DNA from: Alphaproteobacteria bacterium
GTDB lineage: Bacteria; Pseudomonadota; Alphaproteobacteria; SMXQ01
Length of the DNA stretch: 64,000 nucleotides
Direction of reading: 5' to 3'
NCBI GenBank assembly: GCA_009380075.1
Contig: WHSO01000007.1
Span: forward strand, 14,099 to 78,098
Part shown: in pieces, positions 32,233 through 42,053 of the stretch
Position numbering within the stretch: the stretch's first letter is position 1
How the letters are laid out: the number at the start of each line of letters is the position of its first letter
The notes under the pieces: generated by a model
The model's input: the letters and a program-made list of their open reading frames with translations, nothing else
The model's database searches: none
Told to the model about the DNA's origin: nothing
Translations under genes and position numbers: made by a program

Positions 32233-32796
32233 CTACGTCGCCGCCGACCGCGCGCGAAACCATGCGAGGCTGGCCGTCAGCTGGTCGATATCGTGGTCGA
32301 GCCAGTCCACCAGGGGATCGGCGCCTTCGGCTTCATCGCGGCGCCGGGCGCGGAGCGCTGCAAGGCGGGCGATCTCCCCTTCAAGCGCGGCGCTGATAAG
32401 GTCGAACTGGTCGCGACGCCGTTCCGGTGAAAGGAGGGAGAGGAACCGCATCTTGAGTGCGACCACCAGTTTGTTGATGTCGTTGAACGGCGTGCGCACG
32501 GCGGCCAGCAGAAGGGATTCGAGCTCGCGCCGGCCGTCGTCGGTGATGGCGAGCCGGGTATCGGGGCCGATCGCCTCGCCACGCCAGGCGCCGCCGCCGA
32601 CCGGAACGATCAGGCCCTCGGCGGCGATCAACTGGATCGAGGTCCCCATCAGGTCGAGGTTGGGCCCCATGACGTGGCTGGTAAAATCGCGGATACCGGC
32701 GGCGAGCTGGGCATAGGCGAGCGGCTTTTCCGCCAGCATGCCGAGGGCGGCGAGACGTACCGCCTCCTTGGGCATGAGCGAATGATCGGGATACAT
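32233..32796 (-). CDS. PadR-like winged-helix transcriptional regulator (tentative)
   Basis: N-terminal region (LAALGMLAEKPLAYAQLAAGIRDFT ... GTSIQLIAAEGLIV ... GPDTRLAITDDGRREL) fits the PadR wHTH pattern. C-terminal helical extension. Confidence 0.4.
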   Translation of the reverse strand: MYPDHSLMPKEAVRLAALGMLAEKPLAYAQLAAGIRDFTSHVMGPNLDLMGTSIQLIAAEGLIVPVGGGAWRGEAIGPDTRLAITDDGRRELESLLLAAVRTPFNDINKLVVALKMRFLSLLSPERRRDQFDLISAALEGEIARLAALRARRRDEAEGADPLVDWLDHDIDQLTASLAWFRARSAAT

Positions 32797-32828
32797 CGCG
32801 CCAGCGTTCCCCGGACGTTACCGGAGCC

Positions 32829-34061
32829 TCAGGCGGCCGAGGCGCGGGTCGTGATCTCGAGCCGCGCCCAGACCTCCCGCAGTGCGGCAACGAGGTCGCG
32901 CATCATGGCGTCCGTGTGGAAGGGCGTCGGAGTGATACGGAGCCTCTCCGTTCCCCGCGGTACCGTCGGGTGATTGATCGGCTGGATGTAGATTCCGTAG
33001 CGGTCGAGCAATTCGTCGGACGCGAGCTTGCACAGCCGCGGGTCGCCCACCAGAACCGGCACGATATGGGACGCGGAGTCCATGACCGGCAGGTTAGCCT
33101 CGTGCAACAGGTGCTTCAGGGTCGCCGCGCGTTCCTGGTGGCGCTCGCGCTCCGCGCCGGACTGCTTGAGGTGCCGCACGCTGGTCAGTGCCGCGGCGGC
33201 GATCGCGGGCGGCAGGGCGGTGGTGAAGATGAACCCCGGTGCGAAGGACCGCACGGTGTCCACCAGTGCGGCGCTGCCGGTGATGTAGCCGCCCATGACG
33301 CCGAAGGCCTTGGCCAGCGTGCCCTCGATCACGGTAACCTGGTCCATGACCCCGTCGCGCTCGCTGATGCCGCCCCCATGCGCACCGTACATGCCGACGG
33401 CGTGGACCTCGTCCAGGTAGGTCATGGCACCCGCGCGCTTCGCCGCGGCGCAGATCTCGCCGATCGGGGCGATATCGCCGTCCATCGAGTAGATCGATTC
33501 GAAGGCGACGATCTTCGGCGATTCGGGATCGTCGTCGGCCATCAGCTGTGCCAGGTGCTCCACGTTGTTATGCCGGAAGATGCGTTTTTCGGCGCCGGAA
33601 TGACGGATACCCTGGATCATGGAGGCGTGATTGAGGGCGTCGGAATAGACGATGCAGCGGGGCAGCACGCGCGCCAGGGTACTGAGCGTGGCTTCATTGG
33701 AGATGTAGCCCGAGGTGAAGATCAGTGCGGCTTCCTTCCAGTGCAGATCGGCGAGCTCGCGCTCCAGCAGCACGTGATAGTGGTTGGTGCCGGAGATGTT
33801 CCGCGTGCCCCCGGCGCCTACGCCGGAGCGGCGTATGGCGTCTTCCATGGCGGCGATGACCGCCGGGTGCTGTCCCATGCCGAGGTAGTCGTTGGAGCAC
33901 CACACGATGACGTCGCGCACGACGTCCCCGTCGCCCGCAGCGAGGTGCCGGGACGCACGGGGAAACTCCCCCGCCCGGCGCTCGAGGTCGGCGAAGATGC
34001 GATAATTGCCCTCGGAGCGCAGCCGCGCGATGGCGTTTCTGAAATGGCTCTCGTAATCCAT
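32829..34061 (-). CDS. hemA: 5-aminolevulinate synthase
   Basis: Start [34 protein letters not shown], typical of ALAS. PLP-binding lysine region. ~410 aa. Confidence 0.9.
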   Translation of the reverse strand: MDYESHFRNAIARLRSEGNYRIFADLERRAGEFPRASRHLAAGDGDVVRDVIVWCSNDYLGMGQHPAVIAAMEDAIRRSGVGAGGTRNISGTNHYHVLLERELADLHWKEAALIFTSGYISNEATLSTLARVLPRCIVYSDALNHASMIQGIRHSGAEKRIFRHNNVEHLAQLMADDDPESPKIVAFESIYSMDGDIAPIGEICAAAKRAGAMTYLDEVHAVGMYGAHGGGISERDGVMDQVTVIEGTLAKAFGVMGGYITGSAALVDTVRSFAPGFIFTTALPPAIAAAALTSVRHLKQSGAERERHQERAATLKHLLHEANLPVMDSASHIVPVLVGDPRLCKLASDELLDRYGIYIQPINHPTVPRGTERLRITPTPFHTDAMMRDLVAALREVWARLEITTRASAA

Positions 34062-34213
34062 ATCCGTGGCTCCGGCCCGGCGCGCCCGAATCATCGTGAA
34101 GGGCAAGCTACCACAGGGCCGCATGCGCCTGCCACCCACCCCCGGCACGGGCAGGATGGCACCTTATGATTCATACCCAATTCACCCGGCCCGGTCACCC
34201 CCAAAGGACCCGA

Positions 34214-35611
34214 TCATGTCGGGGAGAGCGTGGATGCGGCGGCATCCAACGCCCGGGCGAAGCGCTCGAACAGGATATCGATGTCGCCATCGCTGATGAC
34301 GAGCGGGGGCGAAAAGGCGAGCGAATCCCCCATGGCGCGATGGATCAATCCGGCCTCCTGGGAGGCGCGGGCCACCCGCGCGCCGGCGCCGACCGCGGCC
34401 GGGAAGGGCCGGCGAGTGGCCTTGTCGGCGACCAGCTCCACCGCGCCGATCAGGCCGACACCCCGGGTCTCGCCCACCAGTGGGTGATCGGCGAAGGCGT
34501 GCAGGTGCTTCTGGAAACGGGGCGCGACGGCGCGGACCTGGGCGACGATGTCGCGTTCCTCATAGATCCGGAGGGTTTCGAGCGCGACCGCGGCGGGCAG
34601 GGGATGCGCCGAATAGGTAAAGCCATGGCCGAAACTTCCAAACCCGGCGCTGCCGTCGGCGAGTGCCTGGTAAATCTCGTCGCTGACCAGCAGGGCCGAA
34701 ATCGGCGCGTAGCCGGCGGAAAGGGCCTTGGCCAGCACCAGCATGTCGGGGCGGATCGCGTAGGTTTCGCAGCCGAACATGTTGCCGGTGCGCCCGAAGC
34801 CGCAAATCACTTCATCGGCGATCAGCCAGATGTCATGCCTGTCGAGGATCGGCTGGATTCGGTCGAAGTACGTGGCGGGCGGCACGATGACGCCACCGGC
34901 GCCCATCACCGGCTCGGCGATGAGGGCGGCGATGGTTTCCGGGCCTTCGCGCACGATGAGCGCCTCCAGCTCCCGGGCGAGGCGCGCAGCGAAGGCCTCC
35001 TCGCTTTCCCCGGCATGGCCCTCGCGATAGAAGTGCGGGCAGCCGGTCTGCAGCATGGGCGCGAGGGGAAGGTCGAACCCGGCCTGGTTGACCGGCAGGT
35101 TGGTGAGCGACGCCGCGGCGATGGTGACGCCGTGGTAGGACCGTTGCCGGGCGACGATCTTCTTCTTTTCCGGGCGGCCGCGCGCGTTGTTCGCGTACCA
35201 GCACAGCTTGATCGCGGTGTCGACGGCCTCGGACCCCGAACTGGCGAAGAACACGCGGGCGAACGGTGCCGGTGCAAGGGCAAGCAGGCGTTCGGCCAGC
35301 TTGATCGCCGGCGGGTGGCTCTTCCCGCCGAAGAGGTGATAGAACGGCAGCCTGCGCATCTGGCGCGCCGCCGCGTCGGCGAGGCGCGGCTCGGAAAAGC
35401 CGAGCGCGCAACACCACAATCCGGCCATGCCTTCGATGTAGTCGCGGCCGTCTTCGTCGAAGACACGCACGCCCTCCCCGCGGGTGATGACCAGGGGCCC
35501 CGCCTGTTCGTGCGCGCGCAGATTGGTGTAGGGATGCAGGACGCCGCGAATGTCGCGTGCGGCAAGGCTGTCGGGCGACGTCGACGCGGGTCTAGTTCCG
35601 CCCGTAGGCAT
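34214..35611 (-). CDS. class III (omega-type) aminotransferase
   Basis: 465 aa. PLP fold type I class III motifs (GSEAVDTAIK ... DEVICGFGRTGNMFG). Start overlaps the manC 3-prime end by 20 nt. Confidence 0.85.
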   Translation of the reverse strand: MPTGGTRPASTSPDSLAARDIRGVLHPYTNLRAHEQAGPLVITRGEGVRVFDEDGRDYIEGMAGLWCCALGFSEPRLADAAARQMRRLPFYHLFGGKSHPPAIKLAERLLALAPAPFARVFFASSGSEAVDTAIKLCWYANNARGRPEKKKIVARQRSYHGVTIAAASLTNLPVNQAGFDLPLAPMLQTGCPHFYREGHAGESEEAFAARLARELEALIVREGPETIAALIAEPVMGAGGVIVPPATYFDRIQPILDRHDIWLIADEVICGFGRTGNMFGCETYAIRPDMLVLAKALSAGYAPISALLVSDEIYQALADGSAGFGSFGHGFTYSAHPLPAAVALETLRIYEERDIVAQVRAVAPRFQKHLHAFADHPLVGETRGVGLIGAVELVADKATRRPFPAAVGAGARVARASQEAGLIHRAMGDSLAFSPPLVISDGDIDILFERFARALDAAASTLSPT

Positions 35612-37046
35612 CTTCGAGGCGGACGATATCGTCTTCGCCGAGGTAGCTTCCGGACTGGACCTCGATCAGGTGAAGCGGAGCGCTGGTGCGGTTCTCGAGG
35701 CGGTGCGCGGTGCCAATCGGGATGTAGACCGACTCGTTGACGTGGACCTCGCGCTCCTCCTCGTTGCGGGTGACCGTTGCGGTGCCGTCGACCACGACCC
35801 AGTGCTCGGCGCGCTTGGCGTGCTTCTGCAGGCTGAGACGCCCGCCGGGGTTGACGGTAATGTGCTTGACCTGAAAGCCCTTGCCCTGGTCCATGGAGCG
35901 GTAGGCTCCCCACGGCCGGAACACGGTGGTATGGGTCTGGGGCTCGGGCCGGCCGTCATTGGCCAGTTTTTCGACCACCGCCTTCACGTCCTGGGCGGCG
36001 TGCTTGGTCGTCACCAGCACCACGTCGTCGGTGGCGACAACGATCACGTTCTCCAGGCCCAGTACGGCCACCAGCGGTTTTTCACTGCGGATATAGGAGC
36101 CGGTCACGTCACGCGCGACGACATCGCCACGCAGTACGTTGCCGCGCGAGTCCTTCTTGCTTATGCCCCACAGCGCCGTCCACGAGCCGACGTCGGACCA
36201 GCCCATGTCGCAGGGCACGATGACACCCCTCGACGTCTTTTCCATCACCGCGTAATCGATGGAAATGTTGGGCGCTGCCGCCAGTGCCTTGCTGTCGAGG
36301 CGAATGAAATCGAGGTCCCGTGTCGCCTTTTCGAGTGCCTCGCGCGCAGACGTGAGGACCGCTGGCGCGTGACGTTCCAGCTCGTCCAGATAGGCGCGTG
36401 CGCCCATCAGGAAGATGCCGGAGTTCCAGAAATGCCGGCCGGAATTGAGGTAGACCTCGGCCGTTTCCAGATCCGGCTTTTCGGAGAAGCGGTCGAGGAC
36501 AAAACAACCTTTCTGGCCGGCGATGGGTTCGCCGCGCTCGATATAACCGTAGCCCGTCTCGGCGCGCGCGGGAGTCACGCCGAATGTGACGAGGTGTCCC
36601 GCGCGTGCCGCGGGCAGCGCCGTTTCGACGACGCGGCTGAAGGCACTTGCATTGTTGATGACATGGTCAGCCGGTGCCAAAAGCATGATTCCGTCGGGGT
36701 CGCGCTCGACGATCATGAGCGCGGCGATGGCGGCGGCGGGCGCGGTGTTGCGCCCGATCGGCTCCAGCACGATCGCTTCCGGGGTGACGCCCGCGTCGCG
36801 CAACTGTTCGCCGGCTATGAACCGGTGCGCGTCATTGACGATGGCGATGGGCGCGGCGACGGGTTGTCCGCCCATCTGCTTTCCGGAAAACCGCCGGGCG
36901 GTCTCGGTCAGCATCGTCTCCGACGTGACCAGCGCCATGAACTGCTTGGGAAACAGTCCACGCGACATCGGCCACAGGCGCGTACCCGTACCGCCTGCCA
37001 TGAGCACGGGCCAGACCCGGGGTGCAATTTTACGCTGTTCCGCCAT
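35592..37046 (-). CDS. manC: mannose-1-phosphate guanylyltransferase / mannose-6-phosphate isomerase (bifunctional ManC/AlgA/XanB type)
   Basis: ATG at 37046 with a GGAG RBS (the reported ORF starts at an upstream TTG). N-terminal NTP-transferase motif (LMAGGTGTRLWP). C-terminal cupin PMI domain. Confidence 0.85.
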   Translation of the reverse strand: MAEQRKIAPRVWPVLMAGGTGTRLWPMSRGLFPKQFMALVTSETMLTETARRFSGKQMGGQPVAAPIAIVNDAHRFIAGEQLRDAGVTPEAIVLEPIGRNTAPAAAIAALMIVERDPDGIMLLAPADHVINNASAFSRVVETALPAARAGHLVTFGVTPARAETGYGYIERGEPIAGQKGCFVLDRFSEKPDLETAEVYLNSGRHFWNSGIFLMGARAYLDELERHAPAVLTSAREALEKATRDLDFIRLDSKALAAAPNISIDYAVMEKTSRGVIVPCDMGWSDVGSWTALWGISKKDSRGNVLRGDVVARDVTGSYIRSEKPLVAVLGLENVIVVATDDVVLVTTKHAAQDVKAVVEKLANDGRPEPQTHTTVFRPWGAYRSMDQGKGFQVKHITVNPGGRLSLQKHAKRAEHWVVVDGTATVTRNEEEREVHVNESVYIPIGTAHRLENRTSAPLHLIEVQSGSYLGEDDIVRLEDAYGRN

Positions 37047-37222
37047 GGGAATCTCCAAATCTGATCCCGTCTTGCTAGCGCAAATTCGGGGGAGTCACAA
37101 GGCCAGCCTAGCGTTCCGAAACCGTTAACGCATCCCGGAACGAGGCTCTGGCTTTGCCGGGGGCGTTAAGGGTATCCTTTGCCGCAAAATCGACCCACGC
37201 CGCAACAGGGACCGAAGAACCC

Positions 37223-38062
37223 ATGGCGCTCAAAGACATTCTGGTTCACATGGACTCCTCGCCGGCTGCGCCGGCTCGGCTCGACTATGCGATCCGGTTG
37301 GCCCAGAGGCACGAGGCGCATCTGGCCGCCCTCTACGTCGTCGCGATCGCACCCATTCACCAATACACGGAAGCCGACCTCGGCCCCGAACTGATCGAGG
37401 CCCATGACAAGTTCATGCGCGAATCGGCGGCCGAGGCGAAGGCGGTCTTCGACACCAAGACCCAGGCGGCGGGCATCGCCGCAGAGTGGCGGCAGGCCGA
37501 AGGTGCCGTCCCGGAAATGGTTACCCTGCATGCACGCTACGCCGACCTCGTCGTGGTCGGCCAGCGCATGAAGGACCGGCTCGATGCGGGAGCGGCGCCG
37601 GAACTGCCCGATCACGTCGTCCTCGATGTTGGCCGCCCAGCGGTCGTCGTGCCCCACGGCAAGACTTTCCCGACCACGGGCGATCGCGTGTTGCTGGCCT
37701 GGAACGCGAGCCGCGCCGCGGCGCGCGCCGCCAACGATGCCCTGCCAATTCTGGAGGCGGCGGCGGAAGTGCGTATTCTGGTCATCAATCCGGAGTCGGG
37801 CATCATGGGCCATGGCGAATTGCCGGGCACCGACATCGCCACCCACCTGGCTCGCCACGACGTGAAGGGCGAGGTGGTTCAGGTGAACATCGCCGATCGC
37901 TCCGAGGTCGCCGATGAACTGTTCAAGCAGCTCGCTGCCTTCAACGCCGACTTCATGGTGATGGGATCGTACGGATCGTTCCGTCTGCGCGAACTGGTCT
38001 TCGGCGGCGTCACCCGGCGCATTCTCGACGCCATGACCGTGCCGATCTTCCTCTCCCGCTGA
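37223..38062 (+). CDS. universal stress protein (tandem UspA domains), paralog of 30152..30979
   Basis: MALKDILVHMDSSP start. C-terminal FMVMGSYGSFRLRELVFGGVTRR motif. Confidence 0.75.
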   Translation: MALKDILVHMDSSPAAPARLDYAIRLAQRHEAHLAALYVVAIAPIHQYTEADLGPELIEAHDKFMRESAAEAKAVFDTKTQAAGIAAEWRQAEGAVPEMVTLHARYADLVVVGQRMKDRLDAGAAPELPDHVVLDVGRPAVVVPHGKTFPTTGDRVLLAWNASRAAARAANDALPILEAAAEVRILVINPESGIMGHGELPGTDIATHLARHDVKGEVVQVNIADRSEVADELFKQLAAFNADFMVMGSYGSFRLRELVFGGVTRRILDAMTVPIFLSR

Positions 38063-38099
38063 GTGTCACCGCGTTGGCGCTGCCGGGGTGCGCTGTCCC

Positions 38100-39029
38100 C
38101 TAGCGCGCGATGGCGCGTGGATCGAGCGCGTCCTGCAAGCCGTCGCCGAGGAAATTGAACGCGATCACTGTCAGGAAGATCAGCGCGCCTGGCCAGAATA
38201 CGAGTTCCGGCGCCGACCAGATCAGTTCCTGTGCACCGGTCAGCATGTTGCCCCAGCTCGCGATCGGCGGCTGGATGCCGAGGCCGAGGAAACTCAGCAC
38301 CGATTCCAGCAGGATCACGTTGCCGACGGACAGCGTGGTGGCAACGATGATGGGCGACACGACGTTGGGCAGGATGTGCACGGTCATGATGCGCAGCGGC
38401 CCGGCGCCGCACGCCGTCGCGGCGAGAACGAATTCGCGTTCGCGGACGCTGAGCGTCGCGCCGCGTACGAGACGCGCCACGGTGGTCCAGCTCACCAACG
38501 CGATGATTGCCACCATGCGGTAGAGGCTCACGTCGGCATCGCGCGCCAGCGCTTCCGGCAGGCCGATCTTGGTCAGGTCGACCGCCGCCAGCACGATCAG
38601 GAGCGGCAGCAGGGGCAGGGCGATGACCCCGTCGGTCAGCCGCATCAGCACGATGTCGAGCTTGCCACCGTAGTAGCCCGCGGCGAGGCCGATCACGGTG
38701 CCGATCACGGCGGAGGCGAGCGCCGCGGCAAGGCCGACTATGAGCGACACGCGACCGCCGTAGAGGAGTCGCGCCAGCAGGTCGCGGCCAAGCTCGTCGG
38801 TGCCGAGCGGGTGCGTCGCGGACGGCGGCAGGAAGCGGGCGGCCAGGCTGACCGCGTTGGCGTCGACGCCGAGCGCCCATTCCGCCACCGGCGCCGCCAC
38901 GGCGAGCAAGGCGAGCAGCGCCAGCACCACGGCGGAAGCCACGGCCAGACGGTGGTCGAGGAAACGCCGCGCAAACAGCGTCACCATACCCCGGCGGACG
39001 TGAATCAGGGCGGGGGGCAACGCGGTCAT
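38100..39029 (-). CDS. ABC transporter permease (DppC/OppC-like)
   Basis: Start MTALPPALIHVRRGM at 39029 (overlaps the upstream permease stop). EAA-like loop present. The longer reported ORF is discarded. Confidence 0.85.
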   Translation of the reverse strand: MTALPPALIHVRRGMVTLFARRFLDHRLAVASAVVLALLALLAVAAPVAEWALGVDANAVSLAARFLPPSATHPLGTDELGRDLLARLLYGGRVSLIVGLAAALASAVIGTVIGLAAGYYGGKLDIVLMRLTDGVIALPLLPLLIVLAAVDLTKIGLPEALARDADVSLYRMVAIIALVSWTTVARLVRGATLSVREREFVLAATACGAGPLRIMTVHILPNVVSPIIVATTLSVGNVILLESVLSFLGLGIQPPIASWGNMLTGAQELIWSAPELVFWPGALIFLTVIAFNFLGDGLQDALDPRAIAR

Positions 39030-40000
39030 GGCCGCACCCCTTCGCTGCCGCCATAGGAAATGCGCGGGTCGAGCCAGGCATAGGCGATATCGGCGAGAAG
39101 GTTGGCAGCCAGCGTCACCGCCGTCGCGAACAGCAGCGTTACCAGCGCCATGTTGTAGTCGTTGCCCATGATCGAATCGTAAATGAGCTTGCCCATGCCG
39201 GGATAGGCGAACATCGTTTCGGTGATCAGGGCACCTGACAGAAGCGTTCCGAAGGACAGCGCCACCACGGTCACCACGGGAATCATGGCGTTGCGCAGTG
39301 CGTGGACCCAGATCACGCGGGCCCGGCCAGCGCCCTTTGCCAAGGCGGTGCGGATGTAGTCCTGGCGCAGAACCTCGATCATCGCCGCCCGCACGAAGCG
39401 GGTGTAGGAGCCGATGGAGAAGATCGTCAGCGTCGTCACCGGCAGCACCAGATGTCGTACCGCGTCCCAAACGCCGCCCCCGCCGATGGAGCCGACGCCC
39501 GAGGCCGGCAGGATCGGGATCATCACCGAAAAAACGATGATCAGCATCAGCGCGAGCCAGAACACGGGCACCGAAATGCCGGCGAAGCAAAGCAGGTTGA
39601 CGATGTGGTCGAAGCGGCTGTTCTGGCGCGCGGCCGCGTAGACACCGGCGGGAATGGCGACGGTGACAGAGATGACGAAGGACAGACCCATCAGCTTGAC
39701 TGTGTTGAGGAGGAACGTCGGCATGACGTCGAGGACCGGGCGCACATGCAGGCGTGAATTGCCGAAGTCGCCGCCGAGCGCGGCGACGGCCCAGCTCAGG
39801 TACCGCTCGAGGAGCGGCCGGTCGAGACCGTAGACCGCGCGCAGGCGCGCCGCGTCGGCGGGTGTCAGGCGGGGATCGGAACTGATCATCAGGTCGATGG
39901 GATCCCCCGGCATCAGCCCGATCAGGGCGTAGATCAGGAACGACATTAAGGCGATCACCACCGCCGATTCGCCGAGCCGCTGGATGATGTAGCGCGTCAT
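39026..40000 (-). CDS. ABC transporter permease (DppB/OppB-like)
   Basis: MTRYIIQRLGESAVVIALMSFLIYALIGLMPGDP, a canonical DppB N-terminus. Confidence 0.85.
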   Translation of the reverse strand: MTRYIIQRLGESAVVIALMSFLIYALIGLMPGDPIDLMISSDPRLTPADAARLRAVYGLDRPLLERYLSWAVAALGGDFGNSRLHVRPVLDVMPTFLLNTVKLMGLSFVISVTVAIPAGVYAAARQNSRFDHIVNLLCFAGISVPVFWLALMLIIVFSVMIPILPASGVGSIGGGGVWDAVRHLVLPVTTLTIFSIGSYTRFVRAAMIEVLRQDYIRTALAKGAGRARVIWVHALRNAMIPVVTVVALSFGTLLSGALITETMFAYPGMGKLIYDSIMGNDYNMALVTLLFATAVTLAANLLADIAYAWLDPRISYGGSEGVRP

Positions 40001-41004
40001 CGGATATTCCCGGCGGGCATGAATGCGGGGGGTGGCTCGGGATTGTGGCAGGCAACGAAGGAGCCGCCACCGTCATCCTCGAGTTCCGGCATCTCGGCCC
40101 GGCAGACCGGCAAGGCGCGCGGGCAGCGCGGATGGAAAGGGCATCCGGGTGGTGGCGTGATCGGGCTTGGCACTTCGCCGGCCGGGATCGATCCCGGCGC
40201 ACGCTTGCCGCGGCCGGGCACCGGCACCGCTGCCATCAGCGTCCGGGTATAGGGATGGCGCGGCGCCGCGAAAAGCCTGTCCCGCGGGGCCAGTTCGACC
40301 AGACGGCCGAGATACATCACCGCGACCTCGTCAGCGAAGGTGTCCACCACCGCGAGATCATGGGTGATGAACAGGAAGGCCAGCCCGCGCGCCTCCTGCA
40401 GGTCCTTCATCAGGTTGAGGACCTGGCTCTGGATCGAGACGTCGAGCGCGGACAAAGGCTCATCGGCGATGATCAGGTCCGGTTCGATTACGAGGGCGCG
40501 GGCTATGGCGATGCGCTGGCGCTGGCCGCCGGAAAACTCGTGCGGGTAGCGTTGCCCGTCGCGCGGATCGAGGCCGACGCCCCTCATCACGTCGTCAACT
40601 CGGGCCCGCCGTTCGGCGCGCGTGCCGACGCGGTGGATCACCAGCGGCTCGCCGACGATGGCGCCGACCGTGAGTCGCGGGTTGAGCGATCCGAACGGAT
40701 CCTGAAACACCATTTGCATGGCGCGGCGGGCATCCTTTCGTGCCCGCCTCGGAAGCCCGGCGAGGTCGCTCCCCTTGAACAGGACGCGGCCCGCGTCGGG
40801 CCGGTAGAGCCCGGCGATGGCACGCGCCGCCGTGGTCTTGCCGCAGCCGGATTCGCCGACGAGGGCGAGGGTGCGTCCCGTCGCCAGCGTGAAGCTCAGT
40901 TCCGTGAGCGCATGGACCCGTCCGGCGCGGCGTCCGAACAGTCCGTGCCCGAGGGGGAAGTGCCTGGTCAGTCCTTCGACCCGAAGCAGCGGGGTTCCGT
41001 TCAT
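39997..41004 (-). CDS. ABC transporter ATP-binding protein (DppF/OppF-like)
   Basis: Walker A GESGCGKT. Signature FSGGQRQR. Cys-rich oligopeptide C-terminal extension. Confidence 0.85.
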   Translation of the reverse strand: MNGTPLLRVEGLTRHFPLGHGLFGRRAGRVHALTELSFTLATGRTLALVGESGCGKTTAARAIAGLYRPDAGRVLFKGSDLAGLPRRARKDARRAMQMVFQDPFGSLNPRLTVGAIVGEPLVIHRVGTRAERRARVDDVMRGVGLDPRDGQRYPHEFSGGQRQRIAIARALVIEPDLIIADEPLSALDVSIQSQVLNLMKDLQEARGLAFLFITHDLAVVDTFADEVAVMYLGRLVELAPRDRLFAAPRHPYTRTLMAAVPVPGRGKRAPGSIPAGEVPSPITPPPGCPFHPRCPRALPVCRAEMPELEDDGGGSFVACHNPEPPPAFMPAGNIR

Positions 41005-42049
41005 CGCGTGCTCCCGTCCGCCTTGATGCAGGCAACGAGATGACCGCCGCCGGTATCGGCAAGAGGCGGCTCCGCCGCGCGGCAAGCGGCGTCTGCCAGC
41101 GGACAGCGGTCGGAAAAGGCGCAGCCCGGCGGCAGCGCAAGGGGGTGGGGTACCTGGCCGCCGATGGCCGGAAGCCGGCGCGCCCGCGCGCCGATGCGCG
41201 GCACTGTGGCGATCAGGGCGCGGGTATAGGGATGACGCGGCGCGCCGAGGATGTCCGCCGCCGGTGCATGCTCGACGATGCGGCCGGCGTACATCACGGC
41301 GATGTCGTCGGCGATTTCGGACACGACACCGAGATTGTGGCTGATGAACTGGATCGCCATGCCCATCTCCGCCTGGATCTCCGCCAACAGCTCGATGATC
41401 TGGGCCTGGATGGTCACGTCGAGCGCGGTCGTCGGCTCGTCGGCGATCAGGACTTCGGGATATCCGGCGAGGGCATGGCGATCATCGCCCGCTGGCGCAT
41501 GCCGCCCGACATCTGATGAGGGTAGTCGCCGTACCGTCGGGACGGCTCCGGGATGCGGACGCGCGCGAGCAGCGCGAGCGCCGCCTCGCGCGCCTTCCCG
41601 GTGTCGGCCCTGCGGTGCAGCGACCACGCCTCGGCGACCTGCGCGCCCACGGTCAGCACGGGATTGAGCGCCGTCATCGGCTCCTGGAAGATCATGGCGA
41701 CGCGGGCACCGCGCACCCGCGACATCGCCCGTTCGTCGAGGCCGTTGATCACATCCCCGCCGACCCGCACGGTGCCTTTCAGTATGCGGCCGGGCCGCGG
41801 CACCAGCCCCAGGACGGCGAGGGCGGTCATGGATTTGCCCGATCCCGATTCGCCGACGATGCCGAGCGTGCGTCCGCGCGCGATCCGGTAGCTGACCCCG
41901 GCGACCGCCCGAATCACGCCGTCGCGGGTCGGAAATGCGACATGGAGATCATCGACCCTGAGTGCGTCGGCCGTCGCGCCGGCGGCCTCGGCGCCGGGTG
42001 CTGTTCCATCGGCAGGGGCGCTGCCGACGGTCATGCCTCGGACGGGCAT
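41001..42049 (-). CDS. ABC transporter ATP-binding protein (DppD/OppD-like), interrupted by a single-base frameshift near 41474
   Basis: ORFs 41447..42049 (Walker A GESGSGKS ... signature MSGGMRQRAMIAM) and 41001..41627 (ALAGYPEVLIADEPTTALDVTIQAQI ...) join if one base is restored in atc gcc atg (g)cc ctc. Confidence 0.75.
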
Positions 42050-42053
42050 CGCC

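Noticed and set aside
34166-37064. ORFs 34166..35740(+) and 35550..37064(+)
   Set aside because: Antisense to the aminotransferase and manC. Composition artefacts.
37059-37222. GTTAAC in the manC/usp divergent promoter as another CtrA box
   Set aside because: Only a single TTAAC half site. The upstream position has TTCC rather than TTAA at the required spacing.
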